In this document: positions 12,648-25,264 of the stretch, one piece after another | Position numbering within the stretch: the stretch's first letter is position 1 | Layout: each line of letters begins with the position of its first letter | Assembly: GCA_951406725.2 (NCBI GenBank) | Contig: OX597821.1 | Coordinates: forward strand, 113,398,001 to 113,462,000 | DNA length: 64,000 bases | DNA from: Octopus vulgaris | Lineage: Eukaryota | Direction: 5' to 3' | Notes under the pieces: model-generated | Seen by the model: the letters and a program-made list of their open reading frames with translations, nothing else | Databases searched by the model: none | Told to the model about the DNA's origin: nothing | Translations under genes and position numbers: made by a program

Positions 12648-13257
12648 CTGTTTAAAAAGAAAAAAGAATATTATTACAAGAAACAAACAATTTCTGGACA
12701 TAATTTTTGGTTGAATAGAGCTGCTGCTGTATCTTCGTCACATTTAATGCCTGCTTTTCCATGCTTGCATGGGTTGGATAAAGTGTTGAGGCAGATTTTC
12801 TGTGCCCTTCCTGTCACCAATCCTCCCGTTTCCAAGCGAGGATAACATTTCCTAGTGACCAGACAGGATTTCCCAGAAAACTGGAAATGAATGTAACTGC
12901 TTGCATGATGGTAACACTCATTCACAACCATCACAAGTTGTCAAGACAAACAGACGCAAACACAATGACACACACACACATATAATAAATAAGGATTCTT
13001 GATAGAATCAGATACTTAAAAGAATATGTACCAGGTAGGGTTGGATAAACCTGTGGTTACCACCTACAGTTGATTAAATATCCACTAGGATATTCCAGTT
13101 GTATACACAGAGAAAACCACCCCTATGAGTATTTAGTGCCTAGGGTCTGGTCCAGAGAACATGTGTTGATCATACAAAGGTATACTCCAGGGTGTCCAAT
13201 GTGTTGTCCATCCCTATGGTGTATTTTAAGCAAATGAATAATATAACAAACAACGGA

Positions 13258-13502
13258 TAAATGTCAGCTCATTACAGCTGTTTCTTATGCATTTTTAAAT
13301 AGAAGAACGAGTACATTACATCATTTCAAAAAACCATAATCGTCAGATGAAACAATTTAAAAACAATAGAATATTCCAAGAAACACGGTCAGCTTCAGGC
13401 ATGTTCTGTGTTCTTGGGATATTCTATTGTTTTGAAATGATGTAATGTACTCGTTCTTCAATGAAAAATGCATAAGAAAAAGCTGTAATGAGGTGATATT
13501 TA
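13258..13502. repeat. Imperfect inverted repeat; the right arm lacks the roughly 28-nt segment holding CTGACGA
   Basis: 13258-13331 pairs with 13430-13502; 13360-13386 pairs with 13408-13433. Confidence 0.9.
13268..13351 (-). ncRNA. Minimal type I hammerhead ribozyme, Penelope-like type
   Basis: UUCAU-CUGACGA-UUAUG...CAUAA-GAAA-CAGCUG-UA-AUGAG: stem I, both core boxes, stem II and palindromic stem III (ACAGCUGU) all pair. Confidence 0.75.
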
Positions 13503-13543
13503 GCCAAACAGAAACTGAATGAAGCCCATTTTATTATTATTAT

Positions 13544-13581
<38 letters not shown>

Positions 13582-14289
13582 GGGCTTCACTCAGTTTCTG
13601 TTTACCAAATCTACTCACAACTGTTTGGTTGTCCCAAGGCTATAGTAAAAGACATTTGCTACCCAAGATGCCATGCTGTGGGACTGAACCCCAAGCCATG
13701 TGGCTGGGAAGCAAACTTCTTACCATACAGCTACGCCTGTGCCTTATTTCAGCAAAATCTCCACCACTGGAATCACCATAGCAGACATTTGGGAAACTCT
13801 TTACTTATAGGGATTACATTTTACTCTTGACCATTTCCCACCTTTTTTGTAAACTTTGAGCACTACACTCAATCTCTCTTTCTCTCTCCCCTTTATATTT
13901 CTCCCTTCTTATCTTTTCTACCTCTTCTTCAATCCCTAAGATTAACACCCATGTTAATATATTATTATCACCGTTGACCGCTGGATATCACTGCAAGTTG
14001 TAGGACATGTAGGGGCAGTTATCCATTTCCCATGGTGTATAAGGGACCAAGATCTCAACATTTCCCATGAACGGGACACCAGTCAATTGCAGGGTTGGAC
14101 TCATTACAGCTGAGTGGACTGGAGCCATGTGAAATGAAGTGTTTTGCTCAAGAACACAATGCACCACTGAGTCCAGGAAATGAGTACAACACCTTGCGAT
14201 CATGAGTACAACACCTGAACACCTCAGCCATGTACTTTCACTTCCCCCACAAGATTATCCACCATTTTCCCTACAACAACCTCGGGCAC

Positions 14290-14960
14290 GTTTTTGAATT
14301 CCATATGTCTGACACTCACGGACATAATTATAAAATTCAAAAACAACACAACACCCACCACATTTGGAAACCTTTTTTTCACACTCAGAATTGCTGAAGC
14401 ATGGAATGAACTACTCGCATCAGTTGTTAACTGTCAGAACACTGCATCCTTCAAATCTTCCATGCTTCCTGAAATTCCCCACCAGCACACCTGATGCCCC
14501 TCACCCCCACTTTTTTCTCCTTAAACAACTCATTCCCTGTTCATTTTCTGTGAATTATTCTATATACTAAGACGGCAAGCTGGCAGAAATGTTAGCACGC
14601 TGGATGAAATGCTTAGGGGTATTTCTGAGTTCAAATTCCACCATGGTCAACTTTGCCTTTCATCCTTTCGGGGTTAATAAATTAAGTACCAGTTGTGTAC
14701 TGGAGTCTATCTAATTGACTGGCCCCCTTCCCAAAAATTTTGTGCCTTGTGCCTAGAGGGGAAAAGAATATTCTATGTACTGTTGATGCACTTTTGGCAA
14801 TATTTTCTGATGAACTGTAGTGCACCTGAGGACTGTAATAATAATAATAATGATAATGAAATTATTGTGTGCAGTGCTCAGGTGCGCTACAACTCATCAA
14901 AGGTACATATATAGTAAATAGAATTATCTACAAAAGTCAGGAAAGTGAACAGTGTACGAG
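14290..14960 (+). mobile_element. CR1-group LINE 3' end interrupted by a SINE (14570-14771), tail-to-tail with a second copy
   Basis: FFTLRIAEAWNEL.ASVV....ASFK motif; (TAA)n tail; 14808-14837 is mirrored at about 14869-14898. Confidence 0.7.
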
Positions 14961-16756
14961 TCATGATATATGTGTGTGGGTGCCGGTGTAGTATGTGATC
15001 TACATACATGTTTCTGGCATAGGTTGTGATCTACATTAGTTCAAATGGTATACTCTGTGAACTACACCAATGCTTTGATCGACATTTAAAATTCATCTAT
15101 TTACTCAACTTCCAGTTTGTTGGTTTGGTATATAAACCCCAAAAAACTTTTAGAATTTAAACACTTTTAGCCCGTTGAAAGAAGTCGAGATGAGAGCAAA
15201 AGAATTTTACACACAGGTTATTTTGAGATGAAGAAGCTGCAATAGAATTTCTCTGATGCTATGAACTCCTTGATGACCATGGAGATATAAATGTTTAACT
15301 CACTTCCCTAATTATAATTGCAAATTAATAACAAAATTTGGAATGTAGATAGTCTAGATTTAAGTTGCTGTAAATCATATACTACACCAGCACTGTTATC
15401 ACTATAAAATGGAATCAATATTCTGAAGACAGTTTTTAGAGGATTAATGTCACAGACAACACATTTCTGTAGTAAAAATACTTGACAGAAAGCAAGAAAA
15501 GTGGTGGATCCTCAATATTAATTTGACTGAGTTATCTGCTCCTGAATTAACGTCTGTATAGCTGAGTATTTCATGGATAAGTATTCTTATTGTAATTCTC
15601 AAGAAGATTTAGCCTGTCAAGATAACTTCTGGTGCAGCCTGGAAACCATTGTTAATATTGACGTCTCACTTTGGCAGTAAACCAGAAAAATCTAACCCTT
15701 TAGCATTTAAACTGGCCATATCCGGCCTAAATATGTTCAAACCGGTCAGATTTGGCCCCTCATGCCTGCCAAGTAATGTCATTGTAAGAATAAACAATCA
15801 CGACATTGAAATCTCAAAGCTATGAGATTATGCATGATTCGAAACAATGAGGAATAAATAGGATAATAGACAGGATAATCTGAAGGCTAAAGGGTCAAAG
15901 GGGAAAAGCAGGAGTGTATCACAATTATTTATTTACCAATTCCAGAAGGAGAAAATGTGAAGTCGTTTCCAAAATTTGTTAAATTTAAGTCAGGTGTGGA
16001 GGTCATGAACCGTTGCATACATCATTTACCGATATATTCTCAGGTCCTCCTGAGCAAGTCTCATTCAGTTCCTCATCTCAGTGAGGTGTCATGACCATGT
16101 AGCAACACAGACCCAGCTGAATTCCAAGAGAGAGAGCAGGGTCTAACTCAGAAAATCAAGCTGGCATGCGTTCGATCAGCAGTTCCCAAACTTTTCCAGG
16201 CTGCCGCCTCCTCGGCACCCAAGCCACATTCCTAGCGCCCTCACCTCACCCTCCACACCGCAAACATAGACCACCTTTCTGCAGCAAATTCAAAACAACC
16301 GTATTTCACAAATAAAACTTAAACCTAATTAACCTATCAATATTTTTCTTTTTTACATCTATCACTCCATTTTGGTCACACCATTATCATCCCACTTTCC
16401 TCCCCTGGATCGTTCCACCGTTTCCAAGGGAGAAGTACTGCCCACTTTGGGAACCACTATGTTAGATGGTTTGACGAGGACTAGTAAGCCAGGGAGCTGC
16501 AGCGGGCTCCAGCCATCTATTTTGGCTTGGCTTCTATGGCTGGATGCCTTTCCTGATACCAATCACTTTACAGAGTGTACTTGGTGGGTTTTACGTGTCA
16601 CTGGCACAGGTACCTCTCGTGTTACCAGCATGACGGATAAAAAAAACAAAACGTATTTATTTTATTCGTGTTGTAAATGTCTAAACGATAAAATTTCAGT
16701 TCTTTTCCAAAAGCCCCAAATTCAGTTCTTGGTAGCAAACCACAGCTACAAGTATA

Positions 16757-17190
16757 GGCACAGGCGTGGCTGTGTAGTAAGAAGTTTGTTTCACACCAAC
16801 CACATGGTTCTAGGTTCAGTCCTGCAGCATGGTACCTTCGTCAAGTCTCTTTTACCTTATGCGAAACGGAAACTGAAAGAAGCCGTCGTACAGACTCTCT
16901 CTGTCTCTCTCTCACACACATACACACACACGCGCATGCATGCACACACACACACTCACACGCACGCACACACACGAGTGGCTTTATATCTTTGTTTCCT
17001 ACCACCGCTTGACAACCGGCGTTGGAGTGTTTACGTCTCTGTGACTTAGCGGTTCGGTAAAAACCGCGATAAAATAAGTACAGGCTTAAAAATAGAAAAA
17101 ACAATCAAGTACTGGGATCCATTTGTTCATCTAAAATTCCTCAAGGCAGTGCCCCAGCATGGCCGCAGTCCTATGACTGAAACAAGTGAA
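16757..17190 (+). mobile_element. tRNA-derived SINE family B with internal microsatellite (e.g. 2705-2865, 4690-4850, 13575-13742, 17490-17900, 28455-28848, 56670-57070, 62145-62520)
   Basis: Head gtggctgtgtggtaag...ggttcagtccc, ccttgggcaagt core, ggaaactgaaagaagc, then (CA/TA)n and a 3' module gccccagcatggccgcagtc. Confidence 0.88.
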
Positions 17191-17671
17191 CGATAGAACA
17201 GAAATAAACAATTGTCCCTATTTATTTCCACGCAGATTCATCATAAGACAATATATTTTTTATCTTTTCCTCGTTTCAGTCATTAGACTGTGGCCATGCT
17301 GGGGCACCACCTTGAAGAATTTTGAATCTATCCCAGGACTTATTTTTTGGTAAAACCTGGTACTTATTCTGTTGGTCTTTTTAGTCGACTCACTAGGTTA
17401 CATGGACGTAAACACACCAACACTGGTTGTCAAGCGATGGTGAGGAACATATACAAACACACACATACGCACATATTTTCTTATTTGTTGGGCATTTGAC
17501 TGCGGCCATGCTGGAGCACCATCTTTAGTCAAACAAATCAACCCCAGGACTTATTCTTTGCAAACCTCGTACTTATTTTATCCGTTTCTTCTACCGAAAT
17601 GCTAGATTACCAGCATCGGTTGTCAAGCGATGGTTGGGGACAAACACAGAGACGCAAACACAGAGACGCAA

Positions 17672-17732
<61 letters not shown>

Positions 17733-17909
17733 TACATACGACAAGCTGCTTTCAGTTTTCGTCTACCAAATCCACTCACAAGGCTTTGGTCGGCCCGAGG
17801 CTATAGTAAAAGCACACTTGCCCAAGGTGCCACGCAGTGGGACTGAACCCAGACCAATGTGGTTGGGAAGCAAGATTCTTACCACACAGCCAAGCCTGCG
17901 ACTATTATA

Positions 17910-17939
17910 AGTGTAAAACTCAAATTTGAGTTTTACACT
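17910..17939. repeat. Perfect 30-bp palindrome
   Basis: agtgtaaaactcaaa|tttgagttttacact. Confidence 0.95.
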
Positions 17940-18093
17940 ATAATAATCATGGTCAGATCTCTTAAACGGGTAACATATTTTTTTTAAAGGAAAAAATGCT
18001 GCAATAGTGATAAACTCAAATAACACATCACATTGCGCAACCCTTAACAAAGCTCTCTTCGGTAAATACTCAAAACTGCCCAACCGGGAACTT

Positions 18094-18108
18094 TTCAAAT
18101 ATCCCGCC
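18094..18108 (-). promoter_or_regulatory. Intronic CDE/CHR-like element GGCGG-GATA-TTTGAA
   Basis: Exact CDE, 4-nt spacer, CHR layout in the DEPDC1 orientation, within a non-repetitive CpG-containing patch. Confidence 0.5.
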
Positions 18109-18163
18109 TTTGCGCTTGCAAACGTACACGGTCGTCTGCTTCGTTGATACAATTATAAAAGAG

Positions 18164-18237
18164 AAGATTCTGTGCTTATTTCAGTGAATTTAGATTACTA
18201 CTGTAATCTAAATTCACTGAAATAAGCACAGAATCTT
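18164..18237. repeat. Perfect hairpin, 35-bp arms with 4-nt loop
   Basis: 18164-18198 is the exact reverse complement of 18203-18237. Confidence 0.97.
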
Positions 18238-19199
18238 GAATGCTGTCGGCGTTACCGGATGATTTTAAGAATTAGTAAATACAGATAACAGTAGCTTTCC
18301 AGCCATTAATGATCCGGAGCCACTTATAATTAGCATTAATTAACAGTAATGTACGGTTAACTATCTCATTTGATTATTTAGGTAAATTTTAATATTTATC
18401 TAATTTAAAGTGCGTTTAACAAAGTGACCATCCTTGGTTCGGAAAAAAAAATCTGTAAAACGGAAAGGCTTTTGGAACCAAAGATTCCGGAATATCGATG
18501 TTGTACCTTTTCCAATCACTTAAAGTGTTTCAAATTTTCACCAGATTATTTCCAAATTCACTACATTGAATTAACTTGGTTATAATTAATTAGTAGAAAG
18601 AAAATGAATGCGATCTTCGTCAACAACATGCAAAACTTGTGTTGTTTTTTTTTTGTTTTTAATTATCTGCTGAAAATTTGAAATATTTCAAGTGGTTGGA
18701 AAGTATTGAAGAAAGTCCCTTGCATTATCATAGCTAAGTTCATGAACCAAACTGAAATCCCACCGGTACCAACACTGAGAACGTGTGTATATTTTATACA
18801 CCGACACGAATGCAACCCCACCAGTTTCGACGATGAGCTTTCAGTTCGATCAACCCAACTGTCTGCTCAATGAATGAATGCCCAAGTAGCTGAAGTACTC
18901 TACAAACACATGCACTCTTTATGTCATCCTAAGGTAGAATCAGCACAGACAGTTGAATTATAAGTGTAATCCATCTGATGACGGGCTTTCCTGCAATTTC
19001 CGTCAGCCAAATTTCACTCACAAAATGTCACGACATGGGACTGAGCCAAGGACACCATGATTGCAAACAAACCCTCTCAACAGTCCGGCTATGCTGCCAC
19101 CAAACAGCCGACATTACATCCCTCATGTTTAATGAATAATATGGACGCACTGGTGCAAAGGTGGCCTCATACTCTCATGCAGGGTTAAAATTCAAATTC

Positions 19200-19430
19200 A
19201 ACATTTTCTGGCCCGGTCATACATAAACTTAAGATAAAACTTTGATATGTTTTGGCCATCACGTCTAAATAGTAATGGCCCATTCAATTAGGAAGCCGTT
19301 GACTGAGATGTCTCCAAGTACAGGTGGCTTGTCTGGAATCCCTTGAACAAATTTGTTCAGATATCGTTTGAAGGTGATGGGATCTTTTTCTTTGATTTGT
19401 TCTGGGATAATGTTAAAGAGAGCAAGGCAA
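19200..19430 (-). mobile_element. CR1/L2-group LINE 3' fragment
   Basis: LFNIIPEQIKE...FKRYLNKFVQGIPDKP motif typical of ORF2 C-termini. Confidence 0.6.
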
Positions 19431-20205
19431 GCCTTCTCTCCAAACATTTCAGAAAGGAATATTTGAAGCAGCGCCGCACGAAGGACTAGAGGTGATTCTT
19501 TGAGATGCACTGTAAGGCAATCATCATATCTGACAGGCGAAATGTCATAACTTGGCATAACTACAGATAGATGCCACATTCACAACCAGCTCCCTATAAT
19601 ATGCTAAAAGAATGCGTATTACGGAATAAAATTTTGCAGTTATACATTATCTAGAGTGTAGAATATGGTAATATGGATAACGTTAAAAATCACTTTTTGA
19701 AAGAGTTTAGGACATTTCCCTCCCTTCCGACTTTATCTTCTCAAAAATCTTTATAATACATATTTTTAAATGACAGCTCAAGAGTATATATTACGCAATG
19801 CTGTATGTTTCAAACATAAAAACCGACAAAAAAGTTATAGATAATCAAATTAAGAAATATGGTGGTAATTAAATCGAAAGATCGAAAACTTTATCCAAAA
19901 GAAAATTTGTTTTAAAATACTATCAACATAATCGTAAACTATACGCTCAGAAACCTAACTCTGCATAATTTCATTAAAAAAATACGCATTTTTCAGAAAG
20001 TCAAGAGAAATGGAGCATCAAACTGTAGTTAAACCTTTACGTGTGTGTGTGTGTGTGTAGGGGGGGGGGGGGAGAGGTGATTAGTTGCTGAAAGAGAAAT
20101 CTAATTATTCCTTAATTACAACAGCTAAGTATGAAGGGAGATAACCTATATTGCTTTGAAATTTCGTTAACTTCAAAATATATTAAAAATACTAAGGTTT
20201 ATATA

Positions 20206-20258
<53 letters not shown>

Positions 20259-20856
20259 TATATATATACACACACATAATATGCATAGTTATAAAAAAAA
20301 GGCCAAAGACTGATCATTAAAAGACATTTGTTTAAACTTCTATTTGTTGTTAATTGCCAATATTTTGTGTTCAGTGGTAATCAGAAAATATTTGAAAAAG
20401 AAAAAAAGCGATGTCAACGTCAACTGAAAAACAAATTATTTTAGAGTAGAGTATGAATTTATCTATTTTATAAGACAAAACCTCCAATGATGTAAACATA
20501 TTAATTTTGTCTAGTCCTTGCTAATGATTAACCATATGTTTATGTAAAAATAGATTTAGTGGGATCAAACGGTGCAAGTGTGGTTCGAGTTAATCTAATC
20601 TTTATATTTGTAATTAGTTGATATAATTTTAATCTATGCGGAGAAGGAAGTTTTAAATGAAGTACGGTACTTGTATCTAACGTCTTTCTCTCTCCTTATA
20701 AATCAAAACAGGTTGAAGTCCACAATTATCTCTCAATATCTTGGACACTTATACATCGATCAGGTACAATTATTGTCGAATCTATTGTTACAAATATTAG
20801 CATCACGGGAACTGATAATAAATTAATAAATATAAAAGATCAACGGCATAACTTAC

Positions 20857-20922
20857 TATTTTAGTCGCTCGGTACGGACCACTGAAGTCATCGTCTTCGT
20901 TCGCAACTATATTCGAATTCAT
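20857..20922 (-). CDS. DEPDC1: DEPDC1-family gene, coding exon 1 (MNSNIVANEDDDFSGPYRATKI)
   Basis: ATG at 20922-20920; 22 codons ending in GPYRATK, the motif that precedes the DEP domain in vertebrate DEPDC1 (GPYRATKLWN); donor GTAAGT at 20856; phase 0 matches exon 2. Confidence 0.92.
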
Positions 20923-21158
20923 AGTTCATGTTAAGGATTAAATATTTAGCTCCTTTCTGGCCGATGTCCAAGTTCCTATCGCTCCCCAAACTTTATATCT
21001 TGCCCCAAAAACGCGTTAAAGTTCGTAAACATATTTTTAAAAATCCCCTTCAAAGGAGCCGCAACGTGATTTGATTGGTTGTTGATTTAGAGACGCGAGT
21101 TGCTGATTGGTCAATAAATATGCCAATCAGGCGTTTGTCTGCTACACGGTGTGAAAAC
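20923..21158. promoter_or_regulatory. Bidirectional promoter/5' UTR region with CDE/CHR (21049-21063, minus) and three CCAAT boxes (21074-78, 21106-10, 21123-27)
   Basis: Lies between divergent ATGs; CpG-containing; minus-strand TGCGG-CTCC-TTTGAA; two ATTGG 32 bp apart; ACGCGT at 21011-16. Confidence 0.8.
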
Positions 21159-21266
21159 ATGGCGATCATCGAGGGTCCTCTTAGTAAATGGACAAATGTC
21201 ATGAAAGGTTGGCAATACCGATGGTTTGTTTTAGATGAACATTCTGGATTGCTTTCCTATTACACG
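21159..21266 (+). CDS. OSBPL9: Oxysterol-binding protein-related protein 9, exon 1 ([36 protein letters not shown])
   Basis: aacATGG start, 36 codons, donor GTAGGT. Near-identical to the ORP9 PH-domain N-terminus [22 protein letters not shown]. Confidence 0.96.
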
Positions 21267-24200
21267 GTAGGTCGAACGTTTTGTCATAAATATTTGTCGT
21301 TTACATATAATAATGATAATAACAACGATGCTATGGCGTCGTTTAGTTCTTCGTTGCTCCATCATGTCGACAATATGCTGTGGATTAATTCTAACTCTTA
21401 CTTATCATATCATTAAATAACAGCATCTTTATATATTTGTAATGTCCGTAATGTTCCATCGTCAGCTTCATCGCATATCAAATGCCTGATCTCTGTCACC
21501 GCCGTTAATGTTTACAACAGCACGTAATAAGGTGGGTCTCTTATAAATGAAAGACCACAAGGTGTCCGACACCCAAAGTGTCCCTCCCCTTCTCTATACA
21601 AGTGTCACACCACCTTGTTATTTCGATGTTGCATTCACCTCTTGTATGTTAGCTGGAGTCATTATTAATTAAAATCATTTAATTTCGGCCCATAGAATTA
21701 TATTGGATCGAATGATATGTATGATTACTAAAATTTTTAATTAAAGAACCGTTTTGGAGTTGGGAAAAGTAAAATAGACAGATACTTTGGTTTCAAATTT
21801 TGACACAGGGCCATAATTAATAATAATAATAATAATAATCTATCCAGGGTCCCACCATTTCTTTCTCTAATTATTGTTGACATTGATTCAGATCGTACAC
21901 ACACACACACATACGTATGTACATAAAATCATACATAGATACATACATGCTCACACTATCTCTTTACTTATCTATAGCTGTATATACATACACACACTCA
22001 CACGTACATATACATACATACACACATATATTATCTATCTCTTGTCATCTTGTTTATTCCCCAAGTCATTCATCTCTGATCTGGCAAACCTGTCATTTAA
22101 ATAACCACCCACCGTTCCATATTCTTTCTTTCTTTCTATTTATTTTCCATTCAGCGTATCCACTGTGTTTTTTTCTATAGTGTAATTTGAGGGATTTTGG
22201 GGTGGTTACATCCACCAGAACGAACAACCACTTAGTGTGGCTCGATCATTACCATACATAGTTCCGTCTTGGAGAATTACTTGGTTATTCTTTGACTGTT
22301 TTGTCATTGGACTCTGTCCGTATAGAAGCACCATATCTTGTGTGAGTGTGTGTATATATATATATATATATTAGTGTAAGTGTATAGGGTGTGTACGTGC
22401 GTCAACTAATGAATGGAAGCTGTGTCATTCATTTATATTGCGCCTTGTACTTTTCTGACAATTTATTCTAAACCATAAGTATATTGTGGTTTAAGATTTG
22501 ATTATTAGTATCGCTGTACTTAAACTGTATCATTTCTTTTGGGAACGTTAAATCTCGAAGCAGATACAGCAGATAATTGTGTATATATATTGGATTAAAA
22601 GACCTTTGGAAAGGAAAAGTCGAAGGCTGCCCTTGCGACAAATATGTGTGTGTGTGTGTATCAAGACTCACCCATACATGTATGTGTATCAAGACCCACC
22701 CATATGTGTGTGTGTTGAAATAACTTCTATTTTCGAAGTTCTGTTTGTTTGATCAATGGTTATGAGCTGTCGTTATTTTGTTTTAATTATGTAATTAACT
22801 CCTCAGTGAAATGTCTTTCCCAAATTGACAAGTTCTATTACAGAAAAATCCCGTTACCTTAGTGCACCATTCTATATGTATGGGTGAAAAAGAAATTCCA
22901 TGGTCTTAGAGTTTATTTATATACTCTGTCTTTTCCACACACATATTTACATACATTCACACATATTCATTCACCGACACACATGTATATAAGCGTATGT
23001 ATAACATAAATGTGTGTGTGTATGTATGTGTGTGTGTACATGTATTTATAGACACACGCACACATACATTTCAAGTTGTTCTGTCAAGTCCCTGGTCCTA
23101 ATTATAAAACCAAAGGTCTTGGAGTTATTTCGTAACGCAAGAAATGCACACATATACTCATAATGTATGTGTTTATGTTGAAAAATCTTCTGATTTCATC
23201 CACATTATGTGAAATAATAATAAATAATCTTTTAAATAGAAGAATGAGTAATGATCGATCGAGTTGAGTGGCGTGTTCTTTATTGATTGTTTTTGCCAAA
23301 TAACATAAAAGTGCTTTTAACACAGTTAATGGTTTTTAATTCCAATGTCCACCACAATATGGTAATATCCGGTCATCACTACCACCGTTTATCATCAATA
23401 TTTCATCAGGCGTAATTAAAAATGATAGATAATTATTAATATTAGGGCTTTGCTTCGTCCACTTACGTTTCTGCGAACATTTATTAATTCATTTTTATGT
23501 TATGTTAATCATTTTTTTAAGTGATTTGTATTGTGAATAGATATTGATTTCTGTTTTGGCATTTATGATTCAATTCAAAGCCCTGCAGTATTATTATAAT
23601 CTTTATGAAAAGGAAACTAAGCGACTATCGGACTATATCGTTAGTCGTTTTCCCTAGCTTGGTTGCTAACAATGATATTTAAAGAAGAGTTCTTGCTATA
23701 TAATGTGTGTGTGTGTGTATTATCGATGTGCTTGTATGTTATGATGTATATTGTATGCGCTATCTGTGTATGTGTATATTTGTGTAGGTATGTACCTGTG
23801 TGTATATGTATATATGTGTTTGCATATATGTATATACGATTGTATGTGTATGTAGTTTACGATTGCACTCGTATGGGTGTATATACGATTGTAAATGTGT
23901 GTTACTTGTATGTGTGTATGATTGTGCATGGATGCACGATTGTGTGTACGTATGTGTGTTTGTATGTATACGTGTGTGTGTGTATCTAAGCATCTATTTT
24001 TTCATCTGTAATAACGAGTCCGTTGAAGAAAGTTCTCTGTTATTAAACAAATCGAATGTGCAAAATTGACCAGAAATAATTTTGCGTCGCACCCCCTCCC
24101 TATATTGTAATCAATCATCAGTTACACTCATTAATTTCTATTTAACACATTCGATCCGATTTGTTTATTTGTATATATCCTATTTATTTTATTCTATTCA

Positions 24201-24566
24201 CAATTGACATCAGTCATTGCGTCCAAAGTGTAACTAGTAACATTAGCAGTTTATAGTTGGACTTGAACAGTTTGCGAAGTTGCCTGGCCCATTGGTTAGG
24301 GGGGTTTTGCACTCACGATTACTGGGTTGTGGGGTTTGTTTCCCGGGTCGAGCAATACCTTGTGTTCTTGAGCAAAACCCTTCATTGCAGTCAGCTGTAA
24401 ATGGGTAACCCAGCGCCGGCCTAGCATTCCGATCAGCGGGAATGTTGGCCTAGCATGGCATCACTCAAAAGCTAAAACGATGCAAAGTGCATTGTGACCA
24501 ACGATGTATAACAACATCCGATGGTTTGGTCGATCACGTGATATACTTAATTAGGCATACATACAC

Positions 24567-25264
24567 AAGTGCGCCCCTCCCCTCCGACTTTATTGCCTCA
24601 TAGCTTCCAGAAAAATGGATATTTTTTAATGAAATTGTCTAAAAATACGTTTCCGATGCTGTTGATTCCCATTATTTATGGATAAAGTTTTCCGTGTGTC
24701 GGCTTTCATTCCTCATAAGTTTCAAAAAAAATTGGTAATTTGTTATTTCTTTTCTTTTTTTTTTTTTTTTGATGAAATTTTTATACAAATACCTTTGTGT
24801 GTAGATTACGATTACAGCTGAATTCAATATGAAAATAAATTAAAACGGTGGGTTCGTACCACATACACACTGACACACTTCACATATATATCTACAAAAT
24901 GAAACTTGAAATTTCGGAAAAAAATTATGATGTGTGTCATGTGTAATGAGTACGAATCTACCAATTTCTTTTTTTTTTTCTTTTTTCATATAAAATTCCG
25001 ATGTACTCGTAATTTATACACTCTGGAAGGTATTGGTAGGAAATTTCCTTCAAAAATAACCTTTCTTCTGAAAGACGTGAGGAAACAAATCCGACTAGTG
25101 TGAATGTCCCGATACTCCCCATCCAGGGGGGAAAACGTTCATATTAAATTCCGATATAATTGGAATCTGCACCATCTGAAGTATATTTGTAGGAAATTTC
25201 ATTAAAAAGTATCTATTTTTCTGGAAGTTATGAGGAAACAAAGTCGGGTGGGGGGGCACACCTG
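24567..25264. mobile_element. MITE with about 110-bp degenerate terminal inverted arms
   Basis: About 24567-24680 is the reverse complement of about 25150-25264 (ccgacttt.tt.cctcata.cttccagaaaaat.gata.ttttt.aatgaaatt). Confidence 0.7.

Noticed and set aside
16372-17049. 225-aa ORF
   Set aside because: Runs across adjacent SINE C and SINE B copies and a (CA)n tract; no domain resemblance.
21075-21158. N-terminal extension of OSBPL9 shown in the ORF track
   Set aside because: Starts at TTG within the CCAAT-box promoter; homology begins at ATG 21159.
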